Positions 37,523-52,109 of a stretch of DNA of 64,000 bases are shown here, piece by piece; the stretch's first letter is position 1, and each line of letters opens with the position of its first letter. A model generated the notes under the pieces. That model was given only the letters and a program-made list of their open reading frames with translations. It searched no databases and was not told the DNA's origin. Origin of the DNA: Adineta vaga (Eukaryota > Animalia > Rotifera). Position numbers and translations under genes: made by a program. The stretch spans positions 12,896,001 to 12,960,000 of the forward strand of contig CP075496.1 of NCBI GenBank assembly GCA_021613535.1, given 5' to 3'.

Positions 37523-40500
37523 ATGGGAACAACATATTATGAATATAAAATTGATTCCTCATCAAATTTATTGATATCCAATGAAAGTTATCTTAATTCA
37601 GTTTATTCAAATCATCTCGATGATCCAATACAACTTGTTGTCATTGTTTCAATATGGATTGTCTTATTAATAACAATTATATTTGGAACAACGGGAAATA
37701 TTCTTGTTCTTTATGTTTATATTAATCGAAAAGATAATAAGACATGTACATTTTTCATTAAAACCTTGGCTGTGGTTGATTTGATTATATGTTTGATATT
37801 AGCGCCATTAGAATTATATCAAGTAACAACAGGTAAGAAAAGAAAAATAGAAATGTTTCTACTGAAAAGATCTGCGTAATTATTAAATGTAAATCAAAGA
37901 AGATTTCTTCCTTACAAAACGGAGTAACAACAACAGAATAGTAATTTTCATTATCAAGCTGTTTTTTGTTAATTAAAAAAGAAACTCAGAGCAATACTAA
38001 GTTGAAACCATGTGAAAAAATGTTTTGATAAGTAAATCAAAAAAAGAAATCCTTTTGAATCTATTCATGAAATAGACAAGAGGAAAAAGAGTTTTAACAG
38101 ATTAAAATGACAGATTAATTTTCTGATGTTTTCTTTTTAATCCAGGAATTCAAAATGAAATTTTTTGCAAATTTTATGGATTTTTATCGACACATGTTCT
38201 CTATTCAACTCTTCTTATAACGATTATTGCATTTGATCGATATTTTTGTATATGTTGGCCACTATATAAAATAATTACAGTAAATCGTGCACATGCTATT
38301 GTTATTGTTTGTGGATTATTATCATCTTTATTAGGTATTTCTCTAATCGTTTAAATATTTTTGAAAAATATAAAAAAATTCCTGTTCTTCTTCCTTAGCT
38401 CTTATACCTATGAGTGAATATTCAACAGTTGAACATGTTTTACAAGTACCTAGTAATCAAAGTGAACAATTTCCAATCAAAGATATAGATATTAATAATG
38501 TACCTTATAAACATGTTGATCATATCAAAACAGGATCAATTACAGACTATATTTTAAGTAATGAAACTCATGTGAGTTGTAGTCCAAGATTCAGTTTTCG
38601 TAAGTGAATTTGATTTGATTTATTTTGTTTACAAAAAAGAAAGAATTCTTTTTTTAGGTTTGAAATTATCAACGTTTATAAGTGTCTATCGAATATTTCA
38701 TAGTTCATTATTTGCTATTTGTATTGCAATTGTACTTATTCTCTATGCATTCATCTACAGTGCTGTTTATCAACGACGTATAACACGTACAAGAAAATTT
38801 TCGGCATACCGACGTATTATACGTTCATATTTACTTAATAATGAATCTGAACCATCTGGTTCAAGATCATCGAAAAAGCATCGTTATCATCATCGTCATC
38901 GTCATGAACAATTACCATCAACTCTCACACTTGTTTGTTGTTATTGTTGTAAAACTAATGACGATTATATGCATGATTTACAAAGACCATTCGAAGGAAC
39001 ATTAACTGCGCCATTGCATGAACGTAATCGACAATCTTATCGTCGTTATAAACATGACGAACCATCGTCAATTAATACAAATTCAAGTCGAAATAGGCCT
39101 CAAGTAGTCTTAGAAGTGAATGGTGCTCGTGGAAAACGTTATTCAGCCATCTCTATGACTTCAATGACTTATTTAACAAGCGGAGTTTGGGATGAATCAT
39201 CACCAACAAGTGCAATACGTTCAAGAATAAATTCCATAGCAGCAACAACTTATTGTGGTACAGAAACTTCTTCCACAAGTCGACCATCAACATCAACTGA
39301 AGATTCATTTGAACAAACATCAAAAGTATCAGCATTAAACAATACATTACTACAATTACGTCCAATGACAACAGCAACAAATCCAACACACTTAACTGTT
39401 CCTGGTCTTCAACCGACAACAACAACAACAACAAGTTCACTTCCTTCTCCATCACCCTCCGGTGAAATTCCATCAAAAGAAATTTCAATAAATGATAATC
39501 AATTGCCAAGAAGTGTATCACAATGTGCAAATTTACTACATCCATTATACACACGTAAAGCAAGTAATACATTATCTATTCGAACACAAGCACGACCATC
39601 AGATGCATCAGTTCATCAACGAAAAGTTTCATTTTGTATGTATTTATTTCTAATACGTCATTTTAATTTACATTAGATTCCTCGAAGAACAGCTAGTATC
39701 TTTTAATGCTCATCCGGATATGAATAAAAAACTTAGTTATGTTTTTACTTTCACTCTCTTTCATTTCTTTATCAATGAAGAAAAACTGTTTATATATATA
39801 GAATTTGACATCTACCCTATATGACACTTCTTCTTCTTCGAACTACGCATCAAAAAACGGATGACTAGCTCGACAGGATACGTCTTTTGCATTTTTTTCT
39901 CTTTTAAAATAATTACAGACAACAGGAAGCTCTTCGGAACTTTTTCTCTTTTCTTTATATCAATAGTGACATCCCCTGGAACGATCATTGATCAATGTAT
40001 TAGTGAAGATACATCAAGTACCTATCCACGAGCAAGTTTGGCTCCATCCAGTCTTTTATCGTCTTCAAATCCATCTCAACAACATCATTTAACTGTTCAT
40101 ATGAATTCTCAACGTTCTTTGTCAACAGTATCATCTATTGATCCTCGAGATTCATCGGATAGAACTTTATCCATATCATCTACACGTCGTTCATCAACAT
40201 TCGATTGTGAAACACAACGTACACTTGAACGACAACAAACACAAGAACGTTTAGCAAATATCAGAACAACATTTACATTATTTATTGTTACATCTACCTT
40301 TATTGTCATGTATTTACCATCCATTATTCATACATTATTTGATATTAAACAACATACATTCCGTGAAGTTTTATTTTTACTTTATTATATTAACAGTGCA
40401 GTAAGTTTTCGTAATTCTTTTCTATTGAAATGAATTTTCATCTATCTCTTTTATAGTGTAATCCATTAATTTATTCATTTTTCAATGTTAATTTTCGAAA

Positions 40501-40558
40501 TGATATCCGTCGTTTATATGAATGTCAAAAACGTGAATATTTAGCCCGACGATATTGA
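37523..40558 (+). CDS. Class A (rhodopsin-like) GPCR, orphan or peptide-receptor-like, very long third intracellular loop
   Basis: GTTGNILV (TM1), LAVVD (TM2), IAFDRYFCICWP (TM3), FIVMYLP (TM6), YYINSACNPLIYSFFN (TM7). Confidence 0.9.
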
Positions 40559-41067
40559 AATATAATTTTTCTTTGTTAATTGTTAAATATGTATAAATAT
40601 ATTTTATTTTTTAAACTACATTAAAACACACAAAAAAAGCGATTAAATGAAAACAAAATGTGAATGAAAGAAGAAAAAAACATTTGTACGGTCAATTAAA
40701 ACTCAAATAAATCTTATTTTTCTTTCTTTTTCTTTCACTTTCTCTCCCTTCTTTTTGTCCTTGAAATAAAAGAAATGACATCAAATAATATATTTTACCA
40801 GGCTATATAAGAGTCATCTTGATGATGTTTATACTCTTAAATAAATATAAAGAACATGTATGATTACCTGAGACGACTTTCTGACAAGTCGAAATCCATG
40901 AAGATTTGAAAAAGAAGAGAAGAATCAGAAAAAGACGTATGTTCATTGTCTTCAAGGACAATAACTAATGAAATAAATATAAACAGACTGATAAAAATTC
41001 CTAAGTCTTCATTCATCGTTGATGACTAGATGTAATAAGAATTATCAATTCTAAATTGAGTTTTTTT

Positions 41068-41748
41068 TTATCGAATAACAATTAGTGATGATCGATTGGA
41101 ATAGAGTGATGAAGGAGCAAAATTATCAAAACCATTTTGAATACCTTTATAAGTTGGTAATGTATCTAAAAACGATCGAATCTGTCGTTGTAATGGTGCT
41201 GGTTCCGGTAGAATAGGATTTGATGTTTCTTCAATTAATATTCGAAATGGTTCGAACGAATTTTCTTTCGATCGTTTTGTTTGTTGAAAATTTGTCATCC
41301 AATGTTGAGTCTTAGTTTTACGTTTGGATTGTTCGGAAAGATTTGTTTTGATCACAGGTGGTAAACGTTGATTTTTAGTAGAATATCGTCGTTGTTTTGA
41401 AGATGTATAAGAAATTGTTTCATCATCGAAATCATCAAGTTGATTGTGACTATAATTACTACTTGTACTACTGGATAAACGACGTTTTTGTTGATTCATA
41501 TTTCCATTTGTTGACAATTTGTGATAATCAAATGAATCTATTTGGTCATTGTAAATATAATCCAATGGAGTAGATAGTTTTCTTCGATTATGAAGAAAAA
41601 TTTGTTTACTATCACGACGAATGGTATTTTCTAGTTTTTGATATGTTATTAAATTTTGTGAATGTTCACGTTTAAGATATGCTAATTCACGTGATAGAAG
41701 AAGATCATAATGTTTAACACGATTTTGAATATTGGAATTTAAGAACAT
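41068..41748 (-). CDS. Hypothetical single-exon protein (~226 aa), N-terminal coiled-coil-like segment, basic/Ser-rich
   Basis: Long uninterrupted ORF with protein-like composition in ~30% GC DNA; probable start MFLNSNIQNRVKHYD at 41748. No family recognised. Confidence 0.65.
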   Translation of the reverse strand: MFLNSNIQNRVKHYDLLLSRELAYLKREHSQNLITYQKLENTIRRDSKQIFLHNRRKLSTPLDYIYNDQIDSFDYHKLSTNGNMNQQKRRLSSSTSSNYSHNQLDDFDDETISYTSSKQRRYSTKNQRLPPVIKTNLSEQSKRKTKTQHWMTNFQQTKRSKENSFEPFRILIEETSNPILPEPAPLQRQIRSFLDTLPTYKGIQNGFDNFAPSSLYSNRSSLIVIR

Positions 41749-43172
41749 AATTATACTGTAATGGTCAGAATGAAATTCTTTAGTGCATTTATCAAAAAGA
41801 AAAAAAGACGAAAGAAGAAAGAGAGAATGTTTGGATTTGTAAGTGAAGTGACTGACGTATGCTTTAGCAAATATAAACAAATAGTAGTAAGAATAAAGAA
41901 GAAAGAGAAGAAAAGTGAATGAATAAAGATATAATCTCTATTCGATTTCAACATTGTCACCAATGTTACCATTGAAATCATAATCGATAATGGCAAATAT
42001 ATAAATAAATCAAGGTTAGAAGAAATTTGAAGATCTTTCGAAAATGTTCGATAAAGAAACAAAATTATGAATCAGCTCGAAGATAGACGGAGGGCGAGGT
42101 CATATTGTAGTAATTAAATGAAAATAATTACCTCTATCTTTTTAATATTAGTTTTCTGTAAGGTATCATTAAATGTTTTTGCATTCAATTGGATTAAGAT
42201 GACATTCGAGAGTCATCGTTCGACTTTGAAAATACATTGCGTGGAAATTTAGAAAGATCTATAAGTCACTTTTGTATTCCAACGAAATAAATGAATCCGG
42301 ATTTTATTTTAGGCAAATGAACTATGATATTGCGACAATCTGACAAAAAATCATCCTATTCAAATTTTTAGGTTCTGAATATCATCTTGTCCCGATAATT
42401 AAATGACCATCACTTCAATCTTTAGATTATTGTGTCACAAATTATAAAGCTTGGATAATGTATCTAGAAAGTGAAATAATAATACGATGCTAATGCAGCG
42501 CGTATCATTTATTCTGTAGTTAAAAAGTAAAAAATCTTTGTCGCTTGAATAATTATTAACTAAAACTATGTCAGATGTATGTCAAGGTTATACATATGTA
42601 AATGGATAGACCTATCTCATTTGATGAGTTGTCATGACCATTTCTATTAAATCTATATAGTTGACGCATGGTACATGTTGCCGAAAAATGATGACAAGGT
42701 CATCAAATAGATAAATCTAGAGTTTGTCAGTATTGCTATCAAAATACGAAACGCAATGTAGATAATTCTTAGCTATTCTATGTAAAATAAAACTATCTAT
42801 CTAAAACAATACTGGCTATTTCCTATTGGAAGAAATTTTCATTTTTTAGCAGGTTAATCAAATATGAATAGATCAATAAATATATTTATCTTATATCGAG
42901 CGTCCTCTGTTGTACTTAAAATAATATTGACCAATAAATAAAAATGTTTCTCAAGAATGATTCACTCGCGTTGTTCGAGACAAAAGTTACGCTGGCTAGG
43001 CGAGCGAACGAGTTTCTTCTCATACTATAAAAGCCCAACGAAAATACACAAGCAAATCATTCAAATGCTTCTTCAAAATTTCATTAACAAACATCAATTC
43101 ATCTGTTGTTTGGTTTTCGTCGATTTTGAAAATTTTCTTCTAGATTATTAACATTCAACTTTCTATCCAAGA

Positions 43173-46100
43173 ATGACTTCTAGGTATGTATGAGTGTGTA
43201 ATAAAAGAAGATATTTTATTTAGAAATTTTCTTTTCTTTCTATTAGACTTGATCGTCTGTTAACATTATTAAGTAATGGTGATTCACCAGCAGTTAAACG
43301 ATCAGCTGCAACACAAATTGGACAAATAGCTAGTACACTTCCCAAGGAAGTTGAACCGATCCTTAATAAAGTAACTTATCTGACGAAAGAACGTGTCTAT
43401 TTCGAAATATTTCTACTTTTCTTTTTTTTGATAATTTTTTTAAGTTAAAAAGACATGTTATTCATCCATCATGGGATGTTCGTATTGCTTGTGGTTTAGC
43501 AATTGAACTTATTAGTAAAAATATATCAGATGATTTCTCTAGTAAGAATTCTTTCGTTTAAAAATTAACTTCGAAATGATTTGTTTTCTTTTCATTTAGT
43601 TTTATTTAATCAAAATTCACGATATGGTTTGAAATTGAATACATTTAATTTTAATAATGTTATTGCTAATAGTTCAACATTGTATCTCGGTGCACGTAAA
43701 ATTGAAGAAATAGGTGATTATGGTTAGTAAATATGTCTATCTTTTATTTTCAACTTAATCAAATTTGATTTCATTCGTTTCATAGATGGCAATGTATCTG
43801 TACAGAAAAAATTTGTTCGAAAAGAATTTAATTTTGGTCTTCAAGAAGGTTTAACAGGAACAGATTTGCCTGTTGAAGAAAATGATTTTAAAATGGAAGC
43901 AATCAATAGTAATAATTCGAATGTAAAATGTGTATGTGAATATAATCGAATGATATAATCAAATAGTTATTTGTTTTTATGAATATAGATTTCATCAAGT
44001 GATCTGCAAAGATTTTTATTTGGTGAGCAATATGCAATTATTGAACAAGATCTATCAATTGAACCAACACCTTCGAAACGATTAAAATCCTCGAGTACGA
44101 ATGAAGAAATTGATGAGGTAAGAGACTATCTAAAATCAAAATATGACATGTTAGACGTATGTCAATCATTTCTAATCTATCTGTCTGGACAGAATTTTTG
44201 TCGATTGAATATATCTTATATTGTTTTGAAATTGTTAATAGAAGAAAAAAAAATACATACATACACATATCTTCTTTGATATTCACGATTAACTAAGAAT
44301 AACAGTGATAGATAATCTCATATATAGAATAAACAAATATATTCTGTATGATAGTTCAGAAGGAAAAAGTAACCTTTTGATTCTCTAATAATGACTATTC
44401 AATGGAATTATGTAGAAAATTGTATATGTATGTTTAGAATCGATCATTTTGGTCTTTAAATGCATTCTATGATTGGTTAATTGAACAAATTTTTCAACCC
44501 GTTTGGGAACATCGACATGGATCTGTAACTGCAATCCGTGATTTTCTCAAAGGACAACAAATAACATCAATTTCAGTTGGTTATTCTAATATTAATAATC
44601 TATGAAATGCTTTGTTTTGTGCTATATTTTAGAATGATTTTTCTATTCAATGGTTGGAAGATTTAAGTGTTCGTTTATTAACATTGATTATTCTCGATCG
44701 TTTCGCTGATTATGTCTCAGATGAAGTAAGTTTTATTTAAAATTTAGGAGAAAACAAACAACCGTTTCTTTCGTATCGTTTTTAAATACCAGTTATATCC
44801 TTCAGACATTTCTTTCGAATACAATCATGATCAGGTTTCAATTCGTTGCCTTCATAGATTTCACATGCTTCTAAACAATTTCGAAATTCGAGAGATTCTA
44901 AAAAGAAAAAAAAAAGTAAATATGATATAAGGAGAAGAGAACAAAACTAAAATGATTGAATTACCTTGATCATGTGCTAAATCATATTCATGTGCTTCAA
45001 CAGTGATCGGAAAATGTTCTGTTTGAGTTTTCTTTCCATCGGATTGAATCGTTGTATTCGTTTGATTTTTATGATCAATAATCGATGTTTTAATCGGTAT
45101 CATTTTCGTAAAATTTGTATGAAAACGTGATTGATTAAACATCATCATTGTTGCTGTTAAATTCGTTGATTTATGAAATGGTCCAATGATAATTGTTATA
45201 CCATCTTTATTATCTTGAATTTGACGATATGGTATATGTCGTTGTCGTAGTTGAACTTCAATTAGATCCAATTGTTTTTGATTCACTAATGTTTCAATCA
45301 ATGAATTGTGTACACGAATACGTACACGTAGAACATGTGTCGGTGGTGCTGTTGTATTGAAATATGTCGCATTGATATGAGTCGACGGAAGCGTAGTAGT
45401 GTTGGAAATATTTTCATAGATCAATGTTGTTGACGATGATGGAATGACTAGAGATGATGATCAAACTATGCCTAAACTTTTATACTGACTTGAAAATCAA
45501 TGTGTAAAATCCTCACCCATCGAGAGACAAACTTTGATTGTTGAAAAACCTAGACAGACAATTAGAACGATAAGAATCGGAGTCCAAGCCATCGTTGATA
45601 GTCGATACAAACAAATGATTGCGACGTCGACGACGACGAATAATTCTATGACTGTCACCTTCATCTATCTTGGCAGATGTTTTCTATCTCATAGTACCAT
45701 CTCTTATAGATATTATTTATATAAGAGAGAAGAAAAAAAAGAAAGAAAGATGAAGAAGAAGTAACAAGAGATGAGATATGTTTGTTTATACATCTATATT
45801 TGTATATATTAGCTATCTTGAATGCTGATGTAAGCCTTTTAGAGAAGAAAAATAGTTCGTTTTTCCTTGTTCTGCCAGTAAGATAAGTACATTGGATATA
45901 TCTGATGTCCTCTATGTCTTTTCTCTAGTAATCTTTGCGGAGGTAGAACTTTTTTTCTCTATTCTATTCTATTCTATTCTTTCTCTTTTCGTCCAGGTCG
46001 TTGCACCAATTCGAGAGACAGGCGCTCAAGCTCTAAGTATTATTTGTAATCGTTTACACGATCAGCCACAATGTTCAACCTTAATTTTGATTCTTCTAAA

Positions 46101-49100
46101 TTTATTAAAATTCGATGGTACATGGGAAATTCGACATGGAGCATTAATCACTCTCAAATATACATTCAATGTTCTCAAAGTAAAATGAAATGAGCGAGAA
46201 AAAAAAACAAGTTATTTTACCGATTTTGAAAATATTAACTTTCTTTATAGGAAATACCCGAAAATATTCGAATTCAATGTGTTCAAGGTGTTCGAAAATG
46301 TCTCGAAGACGAATCCGATGATGTTGTAGCAGCAGCTGCAGCAACTTTGTTACCTCTAGTTACGCAATATGAATCTGTAAGATATTTCAAATCGAATCTT
46401 CTCGAAATGAAAATCAATATTTCTTTATTTCAGGTTGTTCTCGATTGTGCATCTGGTTTAATCGGTGAATTAATTGCATTACTTGATTCAATGGATGATC
46501 TCAATTCCGCAGCTAGTTCAATTATGAATCTGCTAGCAAAATTACTTGCATCCAATTCAGCAGAAAAGTACCTCTTCATATTTCTTTCAACTTTCTGTTT
46601 CTATCTGTTTTCTTATTTGAAGATTTAAATTATCATTTGCTCAAGTTTTACCAAAAATCTTTCCATTTTGCCGTCATCATACATTACCATTTCGTTTAGC
46701 TGCTATTCAAACTGTTATGAAAATCATTGAAGCTAGTCAAGTAAATTGCATCATTTAATCTTCACATGCGCAAAAATATATCTTTCTTTTGATCAATTCT
46801 AGTCGAAATTAAATGCTTGTACTCCTGAAGAATTAGCTGTACTAGAACATACATTTCGTTTACTTTTCGAACGAGCAATCCTAGAATCAGATGAAAAAGT
46901 TTTGTCCTCAATCGAACAAGTATATATAATAATAGAATTGATTTCGTTTTCATTCTCAAAATGTTTCTAGGCGTGGAATATTCTATGTCAATCGAATACT
47001 ATTGTACAACAATGTACATCATCATCATATCAACGATGGATATGTTTATCTGTACATCCTGCAAAAGTACCAATCAATTCAACATGGTTATTAAACAGTG
47101 ATCAATGTCAACAAGTAAATTTGAAAATATATTTCGAAATTTTTAAAATTCAATTGTTCTTCAGTCGACTACAATACATGATAAAGATGATCGACATTAT
47201 CTAAATAGTTCAACAACAAATAATCAACAATATTTAGCTATGGGATTTACAACATGTCATCAAGAAGCACCTTTAGAACATGATCGTGCTGTTAGTCGAT
47301 GTCGTCGTTTAACTGCTCGACTATTTGGTCAATTATTTGTTCATTATGATCAACAACAATCACATAATGTTTTAAATTATTTAACACAACATTTGAATTA
47401 TCGTTCAGCTGTACAACGAATGCTTGTAGGAATGATTGCAAGTGAATGGGCGAAAGTAAGAAGAAGAAGAAAATCTAAAGTTCTTGATTATTATCGATTT
47501 CCTATTCTTTCAAGAATCTGACGGACTTTTCATTAAATATAAGTGCTCTTCAAGAACGTTTAATTCATTCATTAAATGATACAATTTATTTTGATGAAAT
47601 TGCACCATCATTTACAAAATTGAAACGGGATTTTACATCATTTATGCATGAATGTGCAAAACAAAATTTATGTAGTCAACAATCGATTGCATCAATTGAG
47701 TAAGTTTAAATTATGAATTATTTCGAAATCGAGACACGTTCCCTTTCATGTCGATTATATTCTTATAAACTAGACATTAAAGTTTTGTGTAACTCGAAAA
47801 AGTATCCACCTAATGAACTTCTCTGGGTTGTATTCGAAAGACATACGAATACATTCTTTGTTCCAGTTCATACACGATTATTTTATTATTATTCATGACT
47901 ATGATATGTATTCTCTTTTTGTTGTTGTTGTTGTTGTAGACTTCATTCGGTTGATCATGTTATTGAATTGTGTGATAATGTTCATTCAAATATTGATTCA
48001 CATCCACAATTAAATGGACAAAAACAAAATATTCGTGATGAAGCTCAACGAATACAAATTGAATTGGAAACACTTTCACTTAGGTTTGAATCTATTTATT
48101 GTTGCTATTCAAAATCAATCTATCATGAATATTTCATATAGATCAACAGCTTATTTAGCATCTGCATGTGTTTATTGGCGTTTTCTTGGTGATCAACTCA
48201 ATCCACTTATTCGACCAATGATGGATGCATTAAAGAAAGAATCAGATCCACTCATTCAAGTAAGATATTATCTTTGAAAACATGTTTTTAAATTCATTTT
48301 ATCATTGTAGGATGATATAGCTCGTGCTATGGCAGAACTTATATGGCAATGTACACAACGTACAACAACTCCGAATCCTAATAATAAAATTGTTAAAAAT
48401 CTATGTAATTATGTTTGTGCTGATTCCGATGAAACACCACATGTGATGAGTTCCACACGTTTTACAGGTTTGATATTAGTTCGAGCTTAGAAATAAGTTT
48501 TGCATTCAAATTTATAGAATCCAGTGAAACAACTTCAATTGTCAATGAAGAATACAATTGTACTGCTCTGAAAGGAATTTATACATGGCAAAAAACGAAT
48601 AGTGTAAATAGAGACTATGAGATATGTTTCTTAATTTCAATGATATTTAATCTAGGATGATACATCGAAAAATACATTAACACGTGATTCATCAACAGAT
48701 TCAACACCTACACCGTCTTCAACGAATTCCAATGCAAAAAAATTCGTAAGTTCATTTGAAAATAAATTAAACGACATTTATAGGATTTTTCATTTTAGAA
48801 TTTTCAGACGCCAAATAATAATGATCATTCAAGACATGGGGGAGAATCTGCTCTATCGGCAATATGTCATCGATTTGGTCCTGAACTACAAACGAAATTA
48901 TCAGATTTATATAATCGAATAGTGCTAGATCTCGAACAATTTACTGATGGTTTGTTTCTTCCATATATACGATAAAACAAAATCTTTTACTTTATTTTTA
49001 TTTTCTAAGAATTATGTCAAACACAATCGAATAATGATGCACAACAGCTAGCAGATACATTACAAATTCTCACAATTCTTATTCCAAATCTTCATGATAC

Positions 49101-52100
49101 AATTTTAAACAATGTATTTATCTTTATATAAACATTCTTTATTTTTATTTATCTTTCATTTTTAGTATTTAAAACTTTTACCTAATTTATCACGATGTTT
49201 ATTATCAAAATATACTGTCGTACGATTTTTTACTGCACGTTGTTTAGGTGTTTTCTCTCTGTATAAAACTGAACATGTTTTTCAATATATTATTGATTCT
49301 ATTCTTCCCAAATTAACAAATACAAATATGGATACGAATTATTTACAAGGACCAATCGAAGCCTTATATCGTAAGAAGATAAAGCTTTGAAGAATTTCTT
49401 GTTTTTTATTCATTTAAATTTCAGATATTATCGATAAACAAGCACTTAATATTGTACCATATGCGAGATATTTAATGGTACCTTGTATTCAATCAATGAC
49501 ACATCAAGATTGGTATATACGATCAACAGCCAGTAATTGTTTTGCTGTTCTTATTAAATATTATGCTTTACATGTAAATTTTTCTTTTTGAATGTGAATG
49601 AATGAAAGAAAGAAAGAATATTGTTGGAAATATTTAGAATGATGATAAAACAGATGAACGAAAAAATGGAAAAGAAAATGGAGATTTTCTTGAGCAACTT
49701 TTTGATAATACAAAAATGCCTGTATATCATTTACCAATGCAAGTTAAAGTAGATATTCGACCATATCAACATGTAAGTATATGAAAAAGATCGAACATGA
49801 ATTAATATTTGTTTCTATTTCATTTAGGATGGTATCAATTGGTTAATGTTTCTCAAACGATACAATCTATCATGTGTTTTAGCAGATGATATGGGTTTGG
49901 GAAAAGTAAGATACAAAGATTATTTCTCTTGTTTCGTTTCATTTTTATCTTGTATTAGACACTTCAAACAATTTGTGTTCTTGCCTCAGATATTGTTGAA
50001 CGACGAAAAGAGGTTTGTTCAATGAAATAGAGAATTGAATTGAATGAATATTTTAAAAATAGAATCTTGAAATTCGACCATCACTTGTTGTTTCACCACC
50101 AACATTAACTCGACATTGGACAAGTGAAATGAATAAATTCGTTAGTGAAGATATTCTACGACCATTACTCTACTCTGGAAAGAATTTAGCCGAACGCGAT
50201 GCGTATGTATTGAATTTTTATATTCGTTTCTCTTTTAATTTTCGATATTCAGATTACGAAATAAATATTTACAAAATCCAAAAGAATATACAGTTATTGT
50301 TGCTTCATATGATGTTGTTCGTAGTGATATTGCTTTTTTTTCGTAAGTATTTTCTTCTTATAAAAGATTCTATTGTTCTAAAATTCATCATGATTTCTTT
50401 TAGAACGATTGCATTCAATTATTGTGTACTTGACGAAGGTCATGTTATTCGAAATTCTAAAACAAAACTATCAAAAGCTATTCGTCAGATATCAGCAGGT
50501 ATATTTCACAAATTGATTTGATTTTATTCATGAAAAATATCGTTTTCCTAGCGCATCGTCTTATATTATCCGGTACACCAATACAAAATAATGCACTTGA
50601 ACTTTGGAAATTATTTGATTTTCTTATGCCTGGGTATTTGGGTTCTGAAAAACAATTCATTCGTCGTTATCAAAAGCCATTAATTGCATCAAGTCGAGAT
50701 CGTGATCTAGAACATGGTAATACAATCAACAACGAAATTTCTTTCCATTCTAATCGATAGATATCTTCTTTTTTCTGTCTTTATTCTATCAAGGACAATT
50801 AGCTATGGATGTTTTACATAAACAAGTGAAACCATTTATGTTACGTCGTTTGAAAACCGATGTATTGGATGATTTACCACCGAAAATTTTACAAGATTAT
50901 TATTGTGAACTTAGTTCAATTCAATGTATGCTCTATGAAGATTTTGCTAATCAAACAAAAGAACAAGTTAAATATGTCGGAGATGAACCACAAAATCAAA
51001 ATGGAAGTTCTTCAACAGGTCATGTTTTTAAGGTAAGAATAAAACCGAAATCTTTTTTTTTCTTCTAAAACAATGAAATCTATAGGCATTGCAATATTTA
51101 CGTAAATTATGTAATCATCCCTCTTTAATTTTAACACCTGAACATCCCAAATGGAGCAATGTACAGAATGAATTAAAAGATTCACGTATTAGTTTGAATG
51201 ATATTCGTTTATCAGGAAAATTACTTGCACTCAAGTAAGTTTGATAATAAAGTGTTGTGTTATCATAATGTATTGTTTATGAATAGAGAGTTGTTGATCG
51301 AATGTGGCATTGGTGTATCGAAAGATGCTGTAGTTTCTACTCATCGTGCATTAATTTTTTGTCAAATGAAAGTTATGATTGATGTAATTATTAATCAAGT
51401 TCTTGGGTAAGATATTCTTCAAGAAAATCACCTCTTTTCTTTTATTGAATTTTTGTTTTCTAGAACAATGGAAAATGTCAGTTTTCTTCGTTTGGATAGT
51501 TCATTGAATGCTGTCGATCGTTTTAATACTGTTAATCTATTTAATTCTGATCCAAGTATTGATCTTCTTTTGCTAACAACACATATCGGTGGTCTTGGTT
51601 TGAATTTAACTGGTGCTGATACAGTTATCTTTGTTGAACATGATTGGAATCCAAGTAAAGATCTTCAAGCTATGGATCGTGCACATCGTATTGGACAAAA
51701 GAAAGTTGTTAATGTTTATCGATTGATTACACGAAATACAATCGAAGAAAAGATAATGAAGTTAGTATTTGAATTGATAAAATTTGTTTATTTCTTTCTT
51801 TCTTCTTTTTTCTATTCTAGTCTTCAACGATTTAAAACTAATCTAGCGGATACAGTTTTAGCTTCAGATAATAATTCATCTAGTTTACTTAATTTAGATC
51901 GAGAAACAAATTTAATTGATCTTATATCCCTAGGTGATGAAACAAAAGGACAATCATTATTAGTAGATAATTCATCGAAAAAATCCAATAATAATAATAA
52001 AAAACAAACATTAAAAGCAATACTTGATACATTCTCTGAACAAGCAGACAATGATGAAGAATGTTACAGTGAAGAATATGATGTGAACAAATTTGTTCAA

Positions 52101-52109
52101 CAACTATAA
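43173..52109 (+). CDS. BTAF1: TBP-associated SNF2 ATPase BTAF1/Mot1; many short exons
   Basis: [29 protein letters not shown]|[32 protein letters not shown]|[71 protein letters not shown]. Confidence 0.97.
44782..45592 (-). CDS. Nested antisense gene in a BTAF1 intron: predicted secreted glycoprotein with C-terminal four-Cys motif; 3 exons (alternative upstream ATG at 45664)
   Basis: Signal peptide [24 protein letters not shown]; two in-phase GT-AG introns; middle exon equals the 44861-45424 ORF; last exon [38 protein letters not shown]. Confidence 0.8.
45959..45980 (+). repeat. (ATTCT)n microsatellite in the polypyrimidine tract of the large BTAF1 intron
   Basis: ctattctattctattctattct seen directly. 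Many other (GA)n, (TA)n, (TATG)n and (AAT)n tracts are scattered through the intergenic DNA. Confidence 0.8.
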
